A DNA stretch of 63,820 bases, counting the filler, from Folioceros fuciformis (Eukaryota): the NCBI GenBank assembly GCA_049999805.1. It is 9 parts of 9 records of this genome, joined end to end, with 100 filler letters (N's around TTAATTAATTAA, not from the genome) between each part and the next. Parts side by side here need not be neighbours in the genome. Positions count along the whole stretch, not along the records: positions 1 to 7,723 come from JBNGIO010001263.1; positions 7,824 to 16,208 come from JBNGIO010001264.1; 7 more parts are not named here. The stretch is one strand, 5' to 3'. Positions 1 to 12,900 of this stretch are shown in pieces. Position numbers and translations under genes: made by a program. The notes under the pieces are model-generated. The model ran no database searches. It had not been told where the DNA came from and saw nothing but the letters and a program-made list of their open reading frames with translations. Within the stretch, counting starts at the first letter, position 1. Every line of letters starts with the position of its first letter.

Positions 1-859
1 TCCCGAAAATTTAGATGATCGACTAAGTTTAGCATTGAATGAGGTATTCCTAGAAATAAGGTCTAGGCTATGGCAACGAGGTCGTCCATGACATTTGTTT
101 GTTTGTTTGTTTGTTTGTTTTCCATCATTGGATAATGTATACAAACATGATAGCTATAAGTATATTGTATGATATATTCTCATTTTTTTGGGTTTAAAAT
201 AGGAAAATTTTTATTAGATGTACTCAATTGTCAAAATACATTAAATTATAGAAATATTGATTAATTAATTTTATTTTAAAATTTAAATATTCATATGATA
301 AACACAATAATTTTCTTGTATGGAATATCTACATGGTTAAACCATATACAGTCCACATTGTTTGACTTCACAAACCTTCCTGCATCCTTAGTCTGCTATC
401 CAGGAGTATTGGTGGGGACAAACTTGCAGCTCATGTGATTTTGTTTCTAAGACGTCGAGTCAATCTATCACTATATCTTTTTTTAGAGTTTAGGGTTTAG
501 GGTTGAACATCATGGATATGGTATGTATGAAGTATATAGGGTTCTTAGCAAACCTCACCGTTATCAATCCCCAGCAAGAACACAAGGGGATGGCCCCTAA
601 GTGCTCTCTCTTCTCTATCTCCATACCCTTGGCTGTCCCTTCATGCTATTTCGTTCATTTGCCACACCATAGGCCGCTTTTGATTCCATCTGTAGAGCTC
701 TCAAGGGTATGTCCTTTCCATTTATTACTCATTTCTTAATAGAATGTGGTTTGCATCCCCTAGCTTTTGGACATGTGTAAGGGCACTGTATGAGGCATGA
801 CATTTGGTGACAACGCTTGCTTATACACCTTCGTCATTGATCGTGTATATTTTTCACAC

Positions 860-983
860 GTGGTGACAATAGTTGTACCGCAAGTGTTGCTACGTGCTCT
901 TGGCCAACTACTGGAAGCCAGGTGGTGACAATAGTTGTACCGCAAGTGTTGCTACGTGCTCTTGGCCAACTATTGGAAGCCAG
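860..983. repeat. 62-bp tandem duplication (2 copies)
   Basis: GTGGTGACAATAGTTGTACCGCAAGTGTTGCTACGTGCTCTTGGCCAACTA(C/T)TGGAAGCCAG occurs back to back at about 860 and 922. Confidence 0.9.
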
Positions 984-2206
984 GTCGTGCTTAGGAATCC
1001 TCCTCCTCCCACTTTTTGAGTCAAAACAAGTGATGGTTATGCATTTGAGTGAAACCATTTGCATGAAAGCCGTGTATGGTAACCCATTAACTCATGTACT
1101 GTCTCTAGCACAATTCCTGGAAAGATGCAATGAAAGGTTTGTGAACCCTACAGTTGTGGGTGGAGATCCATGCTTGGAATTTGTCACCAATACATGGTGC
1201 TCTCCAGCCCATGAAGAGGGAGAACCCCTGGTTGTGGCCGTTAGGGGGTCCTAGCACAAACCAGGCATGGAGCGGACTATAGGTGTTGGGAGTAGGCACG
1301 AAGGGAGATTTCCTAAAACAAGGAACTACAACCATTGATGCATGTAGGCCGTGTTGCACACCTGGTAGAGTGCTAGTGCAAGCACATGTGAACATACATG
1401 GAGCATGACTGCCGGGGTGGGTGAACTTTAAAGATCACATGGTGTGTTAAAGGGGTCTGTCCGCATTGGTCCACAATAGCCGTATAACGAGAACAAAAAC
1501 GTTTTTGTATTCCATAGTGTTGAATTTCATGATGATATGAAAATTGTGTATTTGTTCAATTACAAGTTAATACATATTATACTTGTCAAACAAAAAAGTG
1601 GTGTCTAGCTAAGAAGCCAAGTTTTGTGGATATGGTATACATAATTTGAGTGTTGTGTTTACCTTTTCTTGGCCTCCATGCGTGCCACACACCAATGGAG
1701 GAACTTCAAGTTTTACCAAATCTTTCTAGTGTTCATTATTTTATATCTATATAAACCTCTAGAGGGACTTCTAAGCTCTTTTTATGTGAATACATGTTGG
1801 AGGTCTCATGCCACAAGGAAGCACAATTTGAGAGCTCGTTGAGTTGGCGTTGCAAGGTAAGCGGTTATCTTTGGTGGGGTTTAGTAATTCCTTTATTTTG
1901 TTTTTACTCTATTGGATTATTTTAATTATTTCATTGATGCAATCCTTTTTTTTTATGACTTTTCATTCTATTTTTTTCTTTTTCTAGTTCATATAATTTA
2001 ACAATCTAAAAAAGAAACTTAATAGGTATTATATTTCTATTATAGGGGAACATATTTATTTCATTGCCAAAAATTAAGGCAGAAATTATTATAGTTTAAG
2101 AAAAAAAAAGCTGCATTTCGAGGATTATACTTCTAAGAGAATATTCATTGTTTCTACTCCCTTGCTACAATTCACCAAAACCATTGTTATAAAATTTTAA
2201 TTAACG

Positions 2207-2419
2207 ATGGATGGAAAGGCTGATTGTGACAATGGCCAAAGAATGGACGATGATGTTGAGAATTGCAGCATTTGTTTATTAAATATGAAAAGCATTAATG
2301 ATATACAAATGATGTCGTGCAAACATAAATTTCATAAGGTTTGTATCAATGAGTGGATAAGCCATGATGAAGATCCTTGCCCTATTTGTAGAGGACCTTT
2401 GCACGAAGGACTTGAGTAA
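2207..2419 (+). CDS. Small RING-H2 zinc-finger ORF (70 aa); may be a terminal exon or pseudogenic fragment
   Basis: CSIC-x14-C-K-H-K-F-H-x2-C-x3-W-x7-CPICR has the C3H2C3 RING-H2 spacing. Flanks are AT-rich and repeat-like. Confidence 0.7.
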   Translation: MDGKADCDNGQRMDDDVENCSICLLNMKSINDIQMMSCKHKFHKVCINEWISHDEDPCPICRGPLHEGLE

Positions 2420-3313
2420 TCAAGACCTATATGAAAATTCAAATCATCAAAGTTTGGTAAATGATGAACTCTTTGATAATGATCTCAGAAATTTAAGGGG
2501 CGGATAAGGGGCGGAATACAATTGACACTGGAGGAACTCTTACAACATGATCCTAACAATTTGGATAATCATGTTGATTTGATATTGGATGAATTCTTTA
2601 GATAATTAAAGATCTAGCTTATAGCAAGAAGGTTTGGTATTGGATTAACTCTTTGTAGATGACTTGGAGAATTAGCTAAGTTTTGGTATTGCATGAGCTC
2701 TTCCTTCTAGATTCTCAAACTCTAAACCCATCCCACTTTGGTTTTGAATGAACTCTCTCAAGAAAAAAAAAATATATAGGTATCATTTATAAGGTCATTG
2801 TCATGACTTAGAAAGTCTTTTCGAGTTTTGCATCTGTGTGAACTTGCTGTGCAGATTGTGACTACATAAGTTGTTCACTCATGGTAGATATATTTGTAGA
2901 AAGGGTAAATCCCTTGCATTTTGACTAAAGAGACAGTTAACGAGTGAGGAACAGTTGGAGAGTGCGGTTTTTGATGGTTAACTTTGTGAATAGTTGATAA
3001 CGGTTTGGGAATGACCATTCAGGTGGTTAGTAACAGTGGTTAGTAACGGAATGGTGTGGGTATATAGTGATCATGAATGATCAAACATTCTTTTGATAGT
3101 TCGCTTACAAAGCTTGATAAAAAAGGCATGCTTAAGCGATTCGAGTGGGTGATTGCAATTGAGAAGCTTGTAGCGAATAGAACAATTGAATCGAAGTTTC
3201 TTCGTAACAAATTTGTGTTTGCACGTGTCATTGCATTTGAAAACGCTACGATGGTGACACACCGCATCGTTAGACTGACATCTTAAAACTTGTCAGTGAT
3301 GATGTCGCAGCGA

Positions 3314-3603
3314 GAGGGGAGGAGTAGAGGAAAGCTACTCCTTTCGTCGATCTTGTGTGCAGTAAAACACCAAAGAGTGGTAGGATGACCAGTAGCCTTG
3401 GTGTGTGCAATGGGGAGGAAGCACTCAAGCGGAGGCATCTAAGAATTATAAGCATGATCACTTTACTCACATCGAGGGAGGAGGAGTAGAGGAAAGCTAC
3501 TCCTTTCCTCGATCTCGTATGCAGTAAACCACGAAAGAGTGGTAGGATGACCAGTAGCCTTGGTGTGCACGATGGGGAGGAAGCACTCAAGGGGAGGCAT
3601 CTA
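3314..3603. repeat. Direct repeat of about 128 bp, 2 copies, about 160 bp period
   Basis: GAGGAGTAGAGGAAAGCTACTCCTTTC...AAGAGTGGTAGGATGACCAGTAGCCTTGGTGTG...GGAGGCATCTA at about 3314-3441 and 3474-3603. Confidence 0.85.
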
Positions 3604-5555
3604 TGTATGTGCACTGTTCCAAGAATATATGCCTATATCATATAGGGGCTGGCCAGCCCATATATACATGAATGTATGCTATATATATATAAAATATATA
3701 AGTTTAAATGGTCTAGGGTTATGTATATTCTGATGTTGAAAGACAAGATCTCTTGAAGCACGACATCATTAATAACGGTTTTTATGATCCAATAATGGAC
3801 ATAAACTTGGTGGGTATACTTAAGTAAATGGACTAAGGTTATTTTCTATTATTGAAAAAGAGGGTTAAGTAAATAGTACAAAATATCCTACTACTTTGAA
3901 ACAGGATAATTTTGGTCGACGTAATAAATAACCTTATACTTAAGTTTTTGAAATTATAGAAAAATCTAATTAATAATTATAAAAATATAGTATCATAAAT
4001 AAAAATACTCTGTGCTCAATCTGAGATGGTATTATAGGTCACAACCCCAATGAGTAAACCACAACTAGATCCAAGACCAAATTAAAGCACTAAAGGTAAC
4101 AAGAAGTTGGAACTCAAGTAGGTTGTAGAAATAAGGTATCCATGACACATTTCTAACAGCATAGAGCCAATGGAATGGGTGAGGAAGACGCATGTGGCTA
4201 ACTAAGGATGGAAAACCGGAATAGCCGATATTTAACTGATTACTAAGTAGACACAGATATAAGTAATTTGAAATTATTGTAATTAAAAGAAGATAAGTAG
4301 GAAGCAAAAGAACTTGTCATGGGCCAAAAGCATTTAGGTCACCCAGGGTTCTTGACCATGTCTCGGTCTGGTTTATGAGTTCTCAACGAAGTTATTCTTA
4401 TCTTAATCATCGATCTCCCAAAGGACTTTTGTCTACAAAATGTTTAATCAAAATTGTTTCTTATTTAGTTGCAAGTTGATACATGTAGTATTGGTTACAT
4501 CATGCGTAGTTTTTTGTGAAGAAGCCAAAGTTTTATGGGAGCAATATAATGTAAGTCTTGCAAACTATAGGTTCCTAGTGTAGGTGTTCATTATTTTGTA
4601 CTACATGTGGCAAGTACTACATCTAAGAAGGTTCTTTCTCCAACATATATCATTTTGTTTCGAAGCAATAAAAAAAGTAAGTTTGGATAAGAGTGAAATA
4701 AAAAAGGAAAGTCTCTTTCTTCAGAAGGAAAATATCAAACTAGAAGGAATCCTATTACAAGATGGTAAATCTCAAAGTTTTACTTGCTACATGTATTATC
4801 ATTCAATCCAACATTTCTTCGTTTAAGTCATAATTTGAACTCAAGAGAGCATAGGTTGAGAAAGTACTTACCAAATTTTCATCTAAAATATCAAGGTCTT
4901 GAGTATATATTGAATAGTTTAAGCTTGGCATTGAATAAACACCTTGAAAACTTGAATGCTTGTCTGCGGTTTGTTATCAAATGAATTCTTTCTAGAAATC
5001 TTGAATGATTGTTTGGGTTTGTTATGGAATGACTTCTTTCTAGAAGTGAGATCTTGCTCATAGCAACAAAAGGTGTCATATTGAGTCAACTTTCTCTAGA
5101 TGACTTGGGAGATTGTGACCAAGTAGGGTATAGGAAGAACATTTCTACAAGATCTACAAATTTGTAATATCATTTAATTTTGAAATTGAACGAACTCTAT
5201 CTAGAGGATCGAGTAAATTTACACTCGTCTAGAGGATTTAGTAAATGTGCAATATGGCTTAATTTTAAATTGAATAAACTCTAGAAATAAGAAATTTGTT
5301 AGAGCAACAAGATCATCCATTATTGAAGAATGTAATTGAACAGGGTTGTTATAAGTACATTACAAGAGAGTATAGTCTCTACATATGTTATAACCTAGAA
5401 AGTCCATGGGAGGTTGTGTCTATTTAAACTTGTTGTGCACAGACATCTCATATAAGCTGACAAGCAGTGGAGAACGAGCGTGCATTGAAGATAAAATCAT
5501 CACAATAAACTTAAGTAAACAACAAGTGAATAAAAAGTTACAATAGAAAGACAAT

Positions 5556-5794
5556 TTACTGGTGAACAGTTATTTCAAAAGTTGACTTTACAAACAATTA
5601 GTACCAATTCAGCACGCTCATCTAGGTAGTTGAAACTGATTGATGACGACTATATAAGGGTGTGTGAGAGATAAATTACTGGTGAACAGGTATTTCAAAA
5701 GTTGACTTTACAAACAATTAGTACCAATTCAGCACGCTCATCTAGGTAGTTGAAAACGGATTGATGACGACTATATAAGGGTGTGTGAGAGATA
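5556..5794. repeat. Near-perfect tandem duplication of about 120 bp
   Basis: TTACTGGTGAACAG.TATTTCAAAAGTTGAC...GACTATATAAGGGTGTGTGAGAGATA at about 5556-5673 and 5676-5794. Confidence 0.9.
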
Positions 5795-5929
5795 GTCAAG
5801 CATTCTTTTGATAGTTCACTAAGACAGCTTTGAAAAGCTACTAGACGTTTAATGTATCTTGTTAAGAATGAGTAATTGTGAACCTTGTGGCAACCTCAAA
5901 AATTGAAGAGACAACACAAGTGGAACTTC

Positions 5930-7650
5930 AATGCGAGCCTGCTAAGTTGGAAGAGGATAGAGCCAGGGGCTGGTATAAGCGCACTAAAGTTAAGTAGGTG
6001 AAAGAAGGGGACTACCCCTCCACGTTCTTCTTCGACAAGGTGGCAGCAAATTGACACAAATCAAGAATTCCTGCCCTGCCGGACTCCCAGGGCACCAGGC
6101 AAGATTTGCTCAGTGGTCTTAAACACCTTATCACTTGCTTCTATGTAGGAATCTTCTCAAGTCTTAGAAACATAGTAGGCTGGGAACAATTGTGGAGCTC
6201 AACATATGGGCAGCTTCCTGCAAAAGTGTCAATGGCCCACCGAATAACGCTCAAAAAGCCTAGCTTAGCCGATGAGGTGTTCCAAGCATTGAACGAGATG
6301 CCGAGGAGTAAATCACCAGGGCATGATGGCATTCCCCCATAATTTCTTTTATAGGAGTGGGAGTTTATGGGTCCATTGTTCATGGAGCCTATGAACATTG
6401 TGTGGGAGGAAGGTAGCATAGGACGTTGGCTTAAATTGGGCCTCATCTCCCTTCTACCTAAAAAGGATGCTAGCCTTTTTATTGCCAATTGGCGCCCCAT
6501 TACGTTGCTTACAACTACTTACAGAGTGATTACCAAAGCCCTTGCAAATAGGATCAAGCCTTATATGGACGAGTGGCTGGAGGCGGAACAACGAGGGTTC
6601 ATCCAAAACAGGTGCATTCTCAATAACTTACTGCTTTTACGCGAGGTCAAGTACAACGTGCTAGTCCAGCGTAAACCGGCGGTCTTCATCTCCTTAGATT
6701 TCTTTAAAGCATATGATTCTGTTGAGTGGCACTTCTTATGGAGGTGCGTCCGAAGCTTTGGTCTTGGCAATAACTTTTGTAGGTGGATAGCGATTCTCTG
6801 TGAAGATGTGGGTGCTATGGTCTCCGTTAATGGGTCCTTTACCAAATGGTTTGACATTACCCGCTCTGTCCATCAAGGGTGCCCCTTGGCACCTTTTTTG
6901 TTTATCATTGTTATAGACTTTCTCTTGCGAGAAATTTAGCAGGACCCAAGGATTGAAGGCATTTAGAGCCCTGATGGCTCGCAGCTGTGCATCTCAGCCT
7001 GAGCTGATGATCCATTGCCGTTCTTATCTGCAACAGAGAACTCACTTATAACTTTGCTCTCTCAGGTGCAGGTCTTTGGTATGTTATTAGGTTGCAAGGT
7101 GAACTAGAGCAAGACTAGGATGTTGTGCATCAACTTGGAGGGGGACCCTCCTACGTGCATCAGGCATGTTACTCGGGTACAACCAGGCACTTCTCACAAA
7201 TACTTGGGTTTACCTTTCCAAGAGGAAGATGAGAATGGGGAGATTAGAAAATATGTTTGTCTTCGGTTCATTCGCAAAGTCACTACTCTAAGACTACTGG
7301 ACCTTAATCTTGTAGGTAGGATTATGGTGATCAATAATATCTTGACTCCTTCTTTGTGGTACTATCTTTTCATGTGGGCTCCTACCAAGGCAGAATGGAG
7401 GAGGTTGCAACACATTATGACTAACTTCCTATGCTGTAAATCTAAGGAATTTCTCTCATCACCTCATAAGGTGGCATGGCAGCATCTCATCCAATCTAAA
7501 CAATTGGGCAGTCTGGGACTGGTCGACCCTAAGAGAAAATGAAAATTTTACATTTTCAATGAGTTCTAAAAGCTGTAGATCCGGCGAGGTACCCTTGGAA
7601 AAGTTGGTTAACCCAACACTTGGACCAGGTTCAAGCAGTTCCCACAAGAA
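5930..7650 (+). mobile_element. Decayed L1/Tx1-type LINE ORF2 reverse-transcriptase region
   Basis: EGD..S.FF, KSPGHDGIP, NWRPITLLTTTYRVITKALANR, QRGFIQNR, SLDFFKAYDSVEW, QGCPLAPFLF, a stop in place of the first residue of (Y/F)ADD, KYLGLP and KVAW...GSLGL. Several in-frame stops. Confidence 0.92.
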
Positions 7651-7723
7651 GGAGGTCGATGAATAACATTTAATATTCGGTCTACCGGCGCACTCTTGCC
7701 GGCTCGGGCTCCAGTGCGCCGGT

Positions 7724-7823
7724 NNNNNNNNNNNNNNNNNNNNNNNNNNNNNNNNNNNNNNNNNNNNTTAATTAATTAANNNNNNNNNNNNNNNNNNNNN
7801 NNNNNNNNNNNNNNNNNNNNNNN
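7724..7823. other. Artificial contig spacer (100 nt of N with central TTAATTAATTAA). Identical spacers at 16209-16308, 20238-20337, 38760-38859, 43728-43827, 48489-48588, 54120-54219 and 62720-62819
   Basis: All eight have the same length and the same central six-frame-stop linker. Confidence 0.98.
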
Positions 7824-8700
7824 AGTATTGGGAGACAGTGACAGGAGTTATGAGGTACTTGAATGGTACAAAAGCTTTGTGCTTATGTTTTGGTAGTGAA
7901 GATGTATCTATCGTGGGATATACGGATGCTGATTATGCAGGGGATATGGACAAAAGGAGGTCCACATCATGTTATGTCTTCATGTGCACTAGAGGGGCAG
8001 TCTCATGGTGATCTCGTTTGCAATCGTGCATAACGCTATCTACCACCGAGGCCGAGTATGTTGCAGCGACTGAGGCGTGCAAGGAAGCCATGTGGCTTGC
8101 TCATTTAGTGGGAGATTTGGGGATCAAGGTTGAGCTGCCAGTGTTGCATTGTGATAGCCAGAGTGCTATCCAGTTGGCGAAGAATCCAGTGTTTCATGCG
8201 AAGACCAAACATGGGAAAGTGAAGTATCACTTCATTCGAGAGATGTTGGAAGACAAGAGGGTACAGCTTATCAAAGTTCACACCAATCAGAACCCTCCAG
8301 ATGTTCTTACCAAGGGGCTCTCTACGGAGCAATTCGCACAAGCTCGGACACTCATGGGCATGAGGTAGACCACTCTCCTATGAAGGTAAATTGGCCTTTA
8401 AGTGGGAGGTTGTAGAGTTATTAAAGCCCAATGTGCTTAGACTAAACACATTAGTCTAAGATTAATGTCTAGTTAAGTATCATTAGTTTAGATTAGCTTA
8501 AGCTAATCTGTAGGAAGCTTCTTGTGCAGCTTCCTGTGCGCTTTTTGTGAAGCTTCCTAGGGAGCTTTTCTAGAGGGTATAAATATCCCCTTGAGCTCCC
8601 CTGCAATTTGAAGCATTGAGAGTGTGACCTCTCTTTCTCCTCTCCTCCTTCACCATGCAGCTCCTCTAGCGATCCTTCAAGAAGTCCGCAGCGGGAGAGA
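7824..8700 (+). mobile_element. Ty1/copia 3' end: end of RT, RNase H, PPT and probable 3' LTR
   Basis: GYTDADYAGDMDKRRSTS, LSTTEAEY, CDSQSAIQLAKNPVFHAKTKH, DVLTK. Purine tract AGTGGGAGG at about 8401 is followed by TGTAG, with TATAAAT at about 8578. Confidence 0.9.
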
Positions 8701-9030
8701 TCAGTCTGGAATACTGTCCTATTGAGCATATGGCTGCCGATATTCTTACCAAGAGCCTACCATGCGATAAACATTTAGCTTGTGTTTCCTTACTAGGAGT
8801 TTGTCCTCTCCCAGGACTGGATGCTGTATTTATGCCACATATCTAGTATGAGGGGGAGTATTTGAATATAGATAATTATCATCCTAGTTATTAGAGAGTA
8901 GATAGGCGAAGGGACGCACCCCTTAACCTTGACACCTTTATAAGCACACTTGTGCTCACACCTCTATCAATCTCTAATCACTCCTTCTCTCTTCTGTTTT
9001 CCTAGCCATCATCCTATTCCAATACTTAGA
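8700..9030 (+). mobile_element. Second Ty1/copia 3' fragment: RNase H end, PPT and probable LTR start
   Basis: Translates LEYCPIEHMAADILTKSLPCDKHLACVSLLG; PPT GAGGGGGAG at about 8850. Confidence 0.75.
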
Positions 9031-9539
9031 ACCGTCAAGTGGCAATTAAACGAGCTAATGCGGGACAACAGAGAGTGGCCTCGGCATTTTTCATGGCGCT
9101 TGCAAGATGTGCAAGGCATCAAGCTACCATACCTGCTCGACAATGTGGGATATATATGAATTCTGGGAACGAAGGAAGGCGTGAGGGAAACAAGTAAGGC
9201 TTTGCCGTAAGCTTGCTATGGTGGCGGGATCCAAGAAGCTTGTATTCGGGTGAAGCTTCGGACTGGAGGGGCAAGGGGAGGGATGACGAGCTTCACTAAC
9301 ATGAACTCGACACGTGCGTGCATGTGAATATATACATCTATACATATCCAGCACCGGTTGGAGGTCTTCTTGCTAAAGGAAACAATTGCTAAATGAATTT
9401 AAGTTTTAACTTTAGATCTATTTTATCATTAAAAATTAACATAATACTAACATCTTAATTTTCTTCCAAAAAAAACTAATTTGAAAAATGCTATCTACTG
9501 CAAACTTGAACAACCTACCAACCTATAGTAGATTTTCCG

Positions 9540-9780
9540 TGATGGGCCTTCGTGCATGTCTTCAAAAACCTGGAAAAATCCTTACTCATAACCCCATGCG
9601 TTTCAATAGCAAGGGGGTTGAACAAGTGATCTTGTTGCATGGGCCTGTTTGCAAGTCTTCCTTGTCGCGCTTCCTTCTGCCGGCCAACCCAGGGGGTTGA
9701 TAATGATGTGCTCGCTAATGGTTGTCTGAGTGGGGTCTCTGACCATCACATCCGCTATAGAAACTTAGTCCCCCTTGGTC
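9540..9780 (-). mobile_element. Fragment of RLE-type (CRE-like) non-LTR retrotransposon
   Basis: Nucleotide match to about 18700-19500. Encodes ADVMVRDP, IINPLGW and PLAIET.GVM-like segments. Confidence 0.75.
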
Positions 9781-9882
9781 AAGAAAAAGCTCTTCTAAGT
9801 CATAGGAATAGTGTTCTTCTTCTTTCCACTATAGTGTCTTCTTTCAACATTGTGTAGCTTCCTCTTCTAATTGTGGGGCCTC

Positions 9883-9965
9883 CTTTCAACAACATGTATC
9901 CATGGCTTTGCATTATCCAATGCGGTTTTTATAACAGCAACAAGTGTAGATCAAGCGGCTTCTTC
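9883..9965 (+). mobile_element. RLE-element 3' coding fragment, opposite in orientation to 9540-9780
   Basis: CAACATGTATCCATGGCTTTGCA...CAATGCGGTTTTTATAACAGCAACAAGTGTAGATCAAGCG matches the reverse complement of about 22680-22760. Confidence 0.65.
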
Positions 9966-12900
9966 CACCTTCTTCGGCACAGATAGTAGGTAGACCTTTC
10001 ATTATTCCACATCACAATTTAAGGTAGACCCATAGGTAGTTTTTCAACAAGATATTCGAAGGGGTTAGTATCTTCTGCCTTGCTCAAGTTGTTCCTATAT
10101 CTTTGGAGTAGATGAGACTTTCCATCTCCTTTTCAATAATAGAACATAACTTCATACGCTGACTATATAGAGTTTAAGATATTAAAAATAAATTTCTAGA
10201 TCAATTAGTTTTATAAATATAATAAAATATTTACATAATCCTAAAATTTTATTTTATGATGATTATACATTTATTTGATAAAATATTTACATTGTATGCA
10301 TAAATACACTTCTTAAGTCTTCATGTGTTTTATAGCTTCCTCACAGGTGTGCATGGCACATAGACCATTCATCATTTCACATCATGTTACTATTTGTTGG
10401 GGTTAATTCTCTTTTGGCATTTTGTTTTCTTCGAGTTATTCCTTGTCAGTTTTTGTGTAGATGGGATCTTTCATCTCTTTTCCAATACAATATAAGACAC
10501 TTTTGATAAAAATATGATATCATATCATGATAATATTTTGTATATTTGATGCAAAAGAGATGAGAGATCCCTTCTACTCAATAAAGAGGGGAAGAGACCC
10601 AAAGAACTGCATATGATTGTATGATTGTACCATGTAGTTTATATAAGGTAACATGGTAACACCCTCTTCCAATGGGACGGCTATAGGAGGATGTCCTTCT
10701 CAGCCCCTCTCGTAATAGGGATCCAACATGCTCGTGTTGCTCCCTTGTTCTTCTTGAGAACAAGGGAGCCTCTCTTAGTACCCTACTTCAGAGAGGACTT
10801 TTATCTAGACAAATTTCACTTTGACAATCACAAAGTATTGTCCAACCTTGTCTTCAAACGATGAAATTGAGCAAATTCTTTTTCTATAACTAAAACTTCT
10901 CAAACTTGTGTTGATAATGTAAACAGTTTAGAGTAAGTATGCCCAACCATGTGGGTGCCAGCACCTTGGCACCTATCTTCTTCTTTGGCTTCACCTTGCT
11001 CTCTTGCTGCAGTTATTGGTGCTTCAATTTATCTAACTTCTACTTATTTCTCTACTTATCTCTATTAATGTATATGCTCATGCATGAATCGTATTGGCTG
11101 ACATGTGGGCATAGCTCGTTCTGGCACCACACCAATTACATTATTTTTTGAATAAAAAAATATAGAAGAAAAAAAAACAAATGAGATTCGATGTTCACCT
11201 CGGGGGAAAATACGTGTTGGTTTGTGGTTAGGTGATGTGTGTGTACTCAAGTCAAGTGGCTCCCTTGTTGATCAAGGTGCCAGACTCCCCAGCTGAGAAT
11301 AGAGATGTTTGTCTGTCATGGCAGAACCTCCTCGTGGAGAGTGTCGGTGGGGCAACTTTTGCAATCCGAGCTCGTTTATTCGGGACAACTGGTTTCGGAA
11401 AGGGCAAAACAAAGTGAAGCACAGAAAAGACATGGGAAAATGCATGACACAAGTCGTTGATCACGGTGAGCATTGACAACGGTCGTTGATCACGGTAGCT
11501 GTCAGGTCAGGCAGGCCTTTGAACGGTTTAGGTTTGAGGGGATTTGTCAGTTTTGATGTGTACGCGATGAGTGAGACACTTGGATAGCTGTTCACGCACG
11601 CCAGAAGCTGAAAGCAAGTCCCTGCATGTGTCTCAGCGCGAATTCGGGACCGAAAGAGATGGTGCAAGTGGCAAGGCAGGCAGGCAGGCACAGGCAGTGT
11701 GAACTCGTCCACACCGCACTCTCCGACTTAATTGGGCACCGTAATGCCATGCTGCGTCCATCCTCCGTCTTGTGCACTGCACTGTAACGTAATGCGATTC
11801 CCATGCGCATGCTTGGTAGGAATAGGACCTTGGGTGTCATGTTTGAAGTCGTCTCGATCCGGTCTCTGAGAACCAGAGCAACCCTGCTCCTGCCCTTGCC
11901 CCTGCTCCTGGTGTGGTGTCTCCTGTCCCTCATGGAGCTGCAGCCATCTAGTCCAACACGAGGGGGAACGGTGTTTGGGCAGAGGACACTGTCGCCTGCG
12001 AAGTTTATGGCCGAGAAAACAATGCTGGCAACAAGCCCAGAGCACCAGTCGCGGCTGGCAAGTGGGACATGGTCGTTGGGTCACGAGCTACCGGCCAAAC
12101 TCAAAGCTCAGGAGCTCTCTCACGGCAGCGCCTCTCAGTGCTGCCCGGCAGGAAACCAACGCCCACTACCGCGCGGCCCCGGTTATGGATCCATCGGCCG
12201 AGTAGGCGATCGCCACCTACCATATTTTGCACTTTGCCTTTAGTGGGCTGGGCTGGGCTGGCGTGTCGCCTGTACCCTACTCTCGCTATGATGGTCAAAC
12301 TTCTACGACGATGTCGCAGCTGGGACAGCGCTGCAGGCACGGCAGGAATAGCGCTTGGCCGCTGATTGATGCGCATTCCTGCTCCGATTTCCGCACAAAT
12401 GTAAGGCACGGGCGAGGAGTTGATGGTGATGGCTATCCATTCCTTGCCTTGACTTCCCAACCCACCCACCTTGTCACCTCCCCTCTCATCCCCGTTTCCC
12501 TTCATCAGCTGCATCGATTGCAGCGCTTACAGAACGGAATCATAACGTCACCACCAGCAACCCCGAGCTTAAGCATTATATAAGTCCCAGATTCCCCAAA
12601 CGATCCGGGAAGTGCCCTCGCCACCCTCCACCGGTCGCCACAAGTGAACACTCGTACCTAAGCGTGCAAACTGAGCAAAGGCGTACTGTCCTCTGCCTAC
12701 TCCTGACGCCGCCCCCTGCCATGCGCTCCTTGTCCAAATTAGGCGCCAGGAAAAAGCTTCCAGCTGTGGACCCCTTTCCTGACCTGACCTGCATCATTGT
12801 GACTCAATTCCAACCCGGACTCCCTACACCTCACAATTGAGAGTCCGGTGACGCCATCCTGACGCAACATTGCCCCGCTGCCTCGCATTCGGCCGCTCCT

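Noticed and set aside
482-502. Short TTTAGGG tract as a chromosome end
   Set aside because: Only about three degenerate interstitial units; telobox-like tracts are common in plant DNA.
7724-7823. Recurring TTAATTAATTAA palindrome within N runs
   Set aside because: Artificial linker. It also means adjacency across spacers is not evidence of gene clustering.
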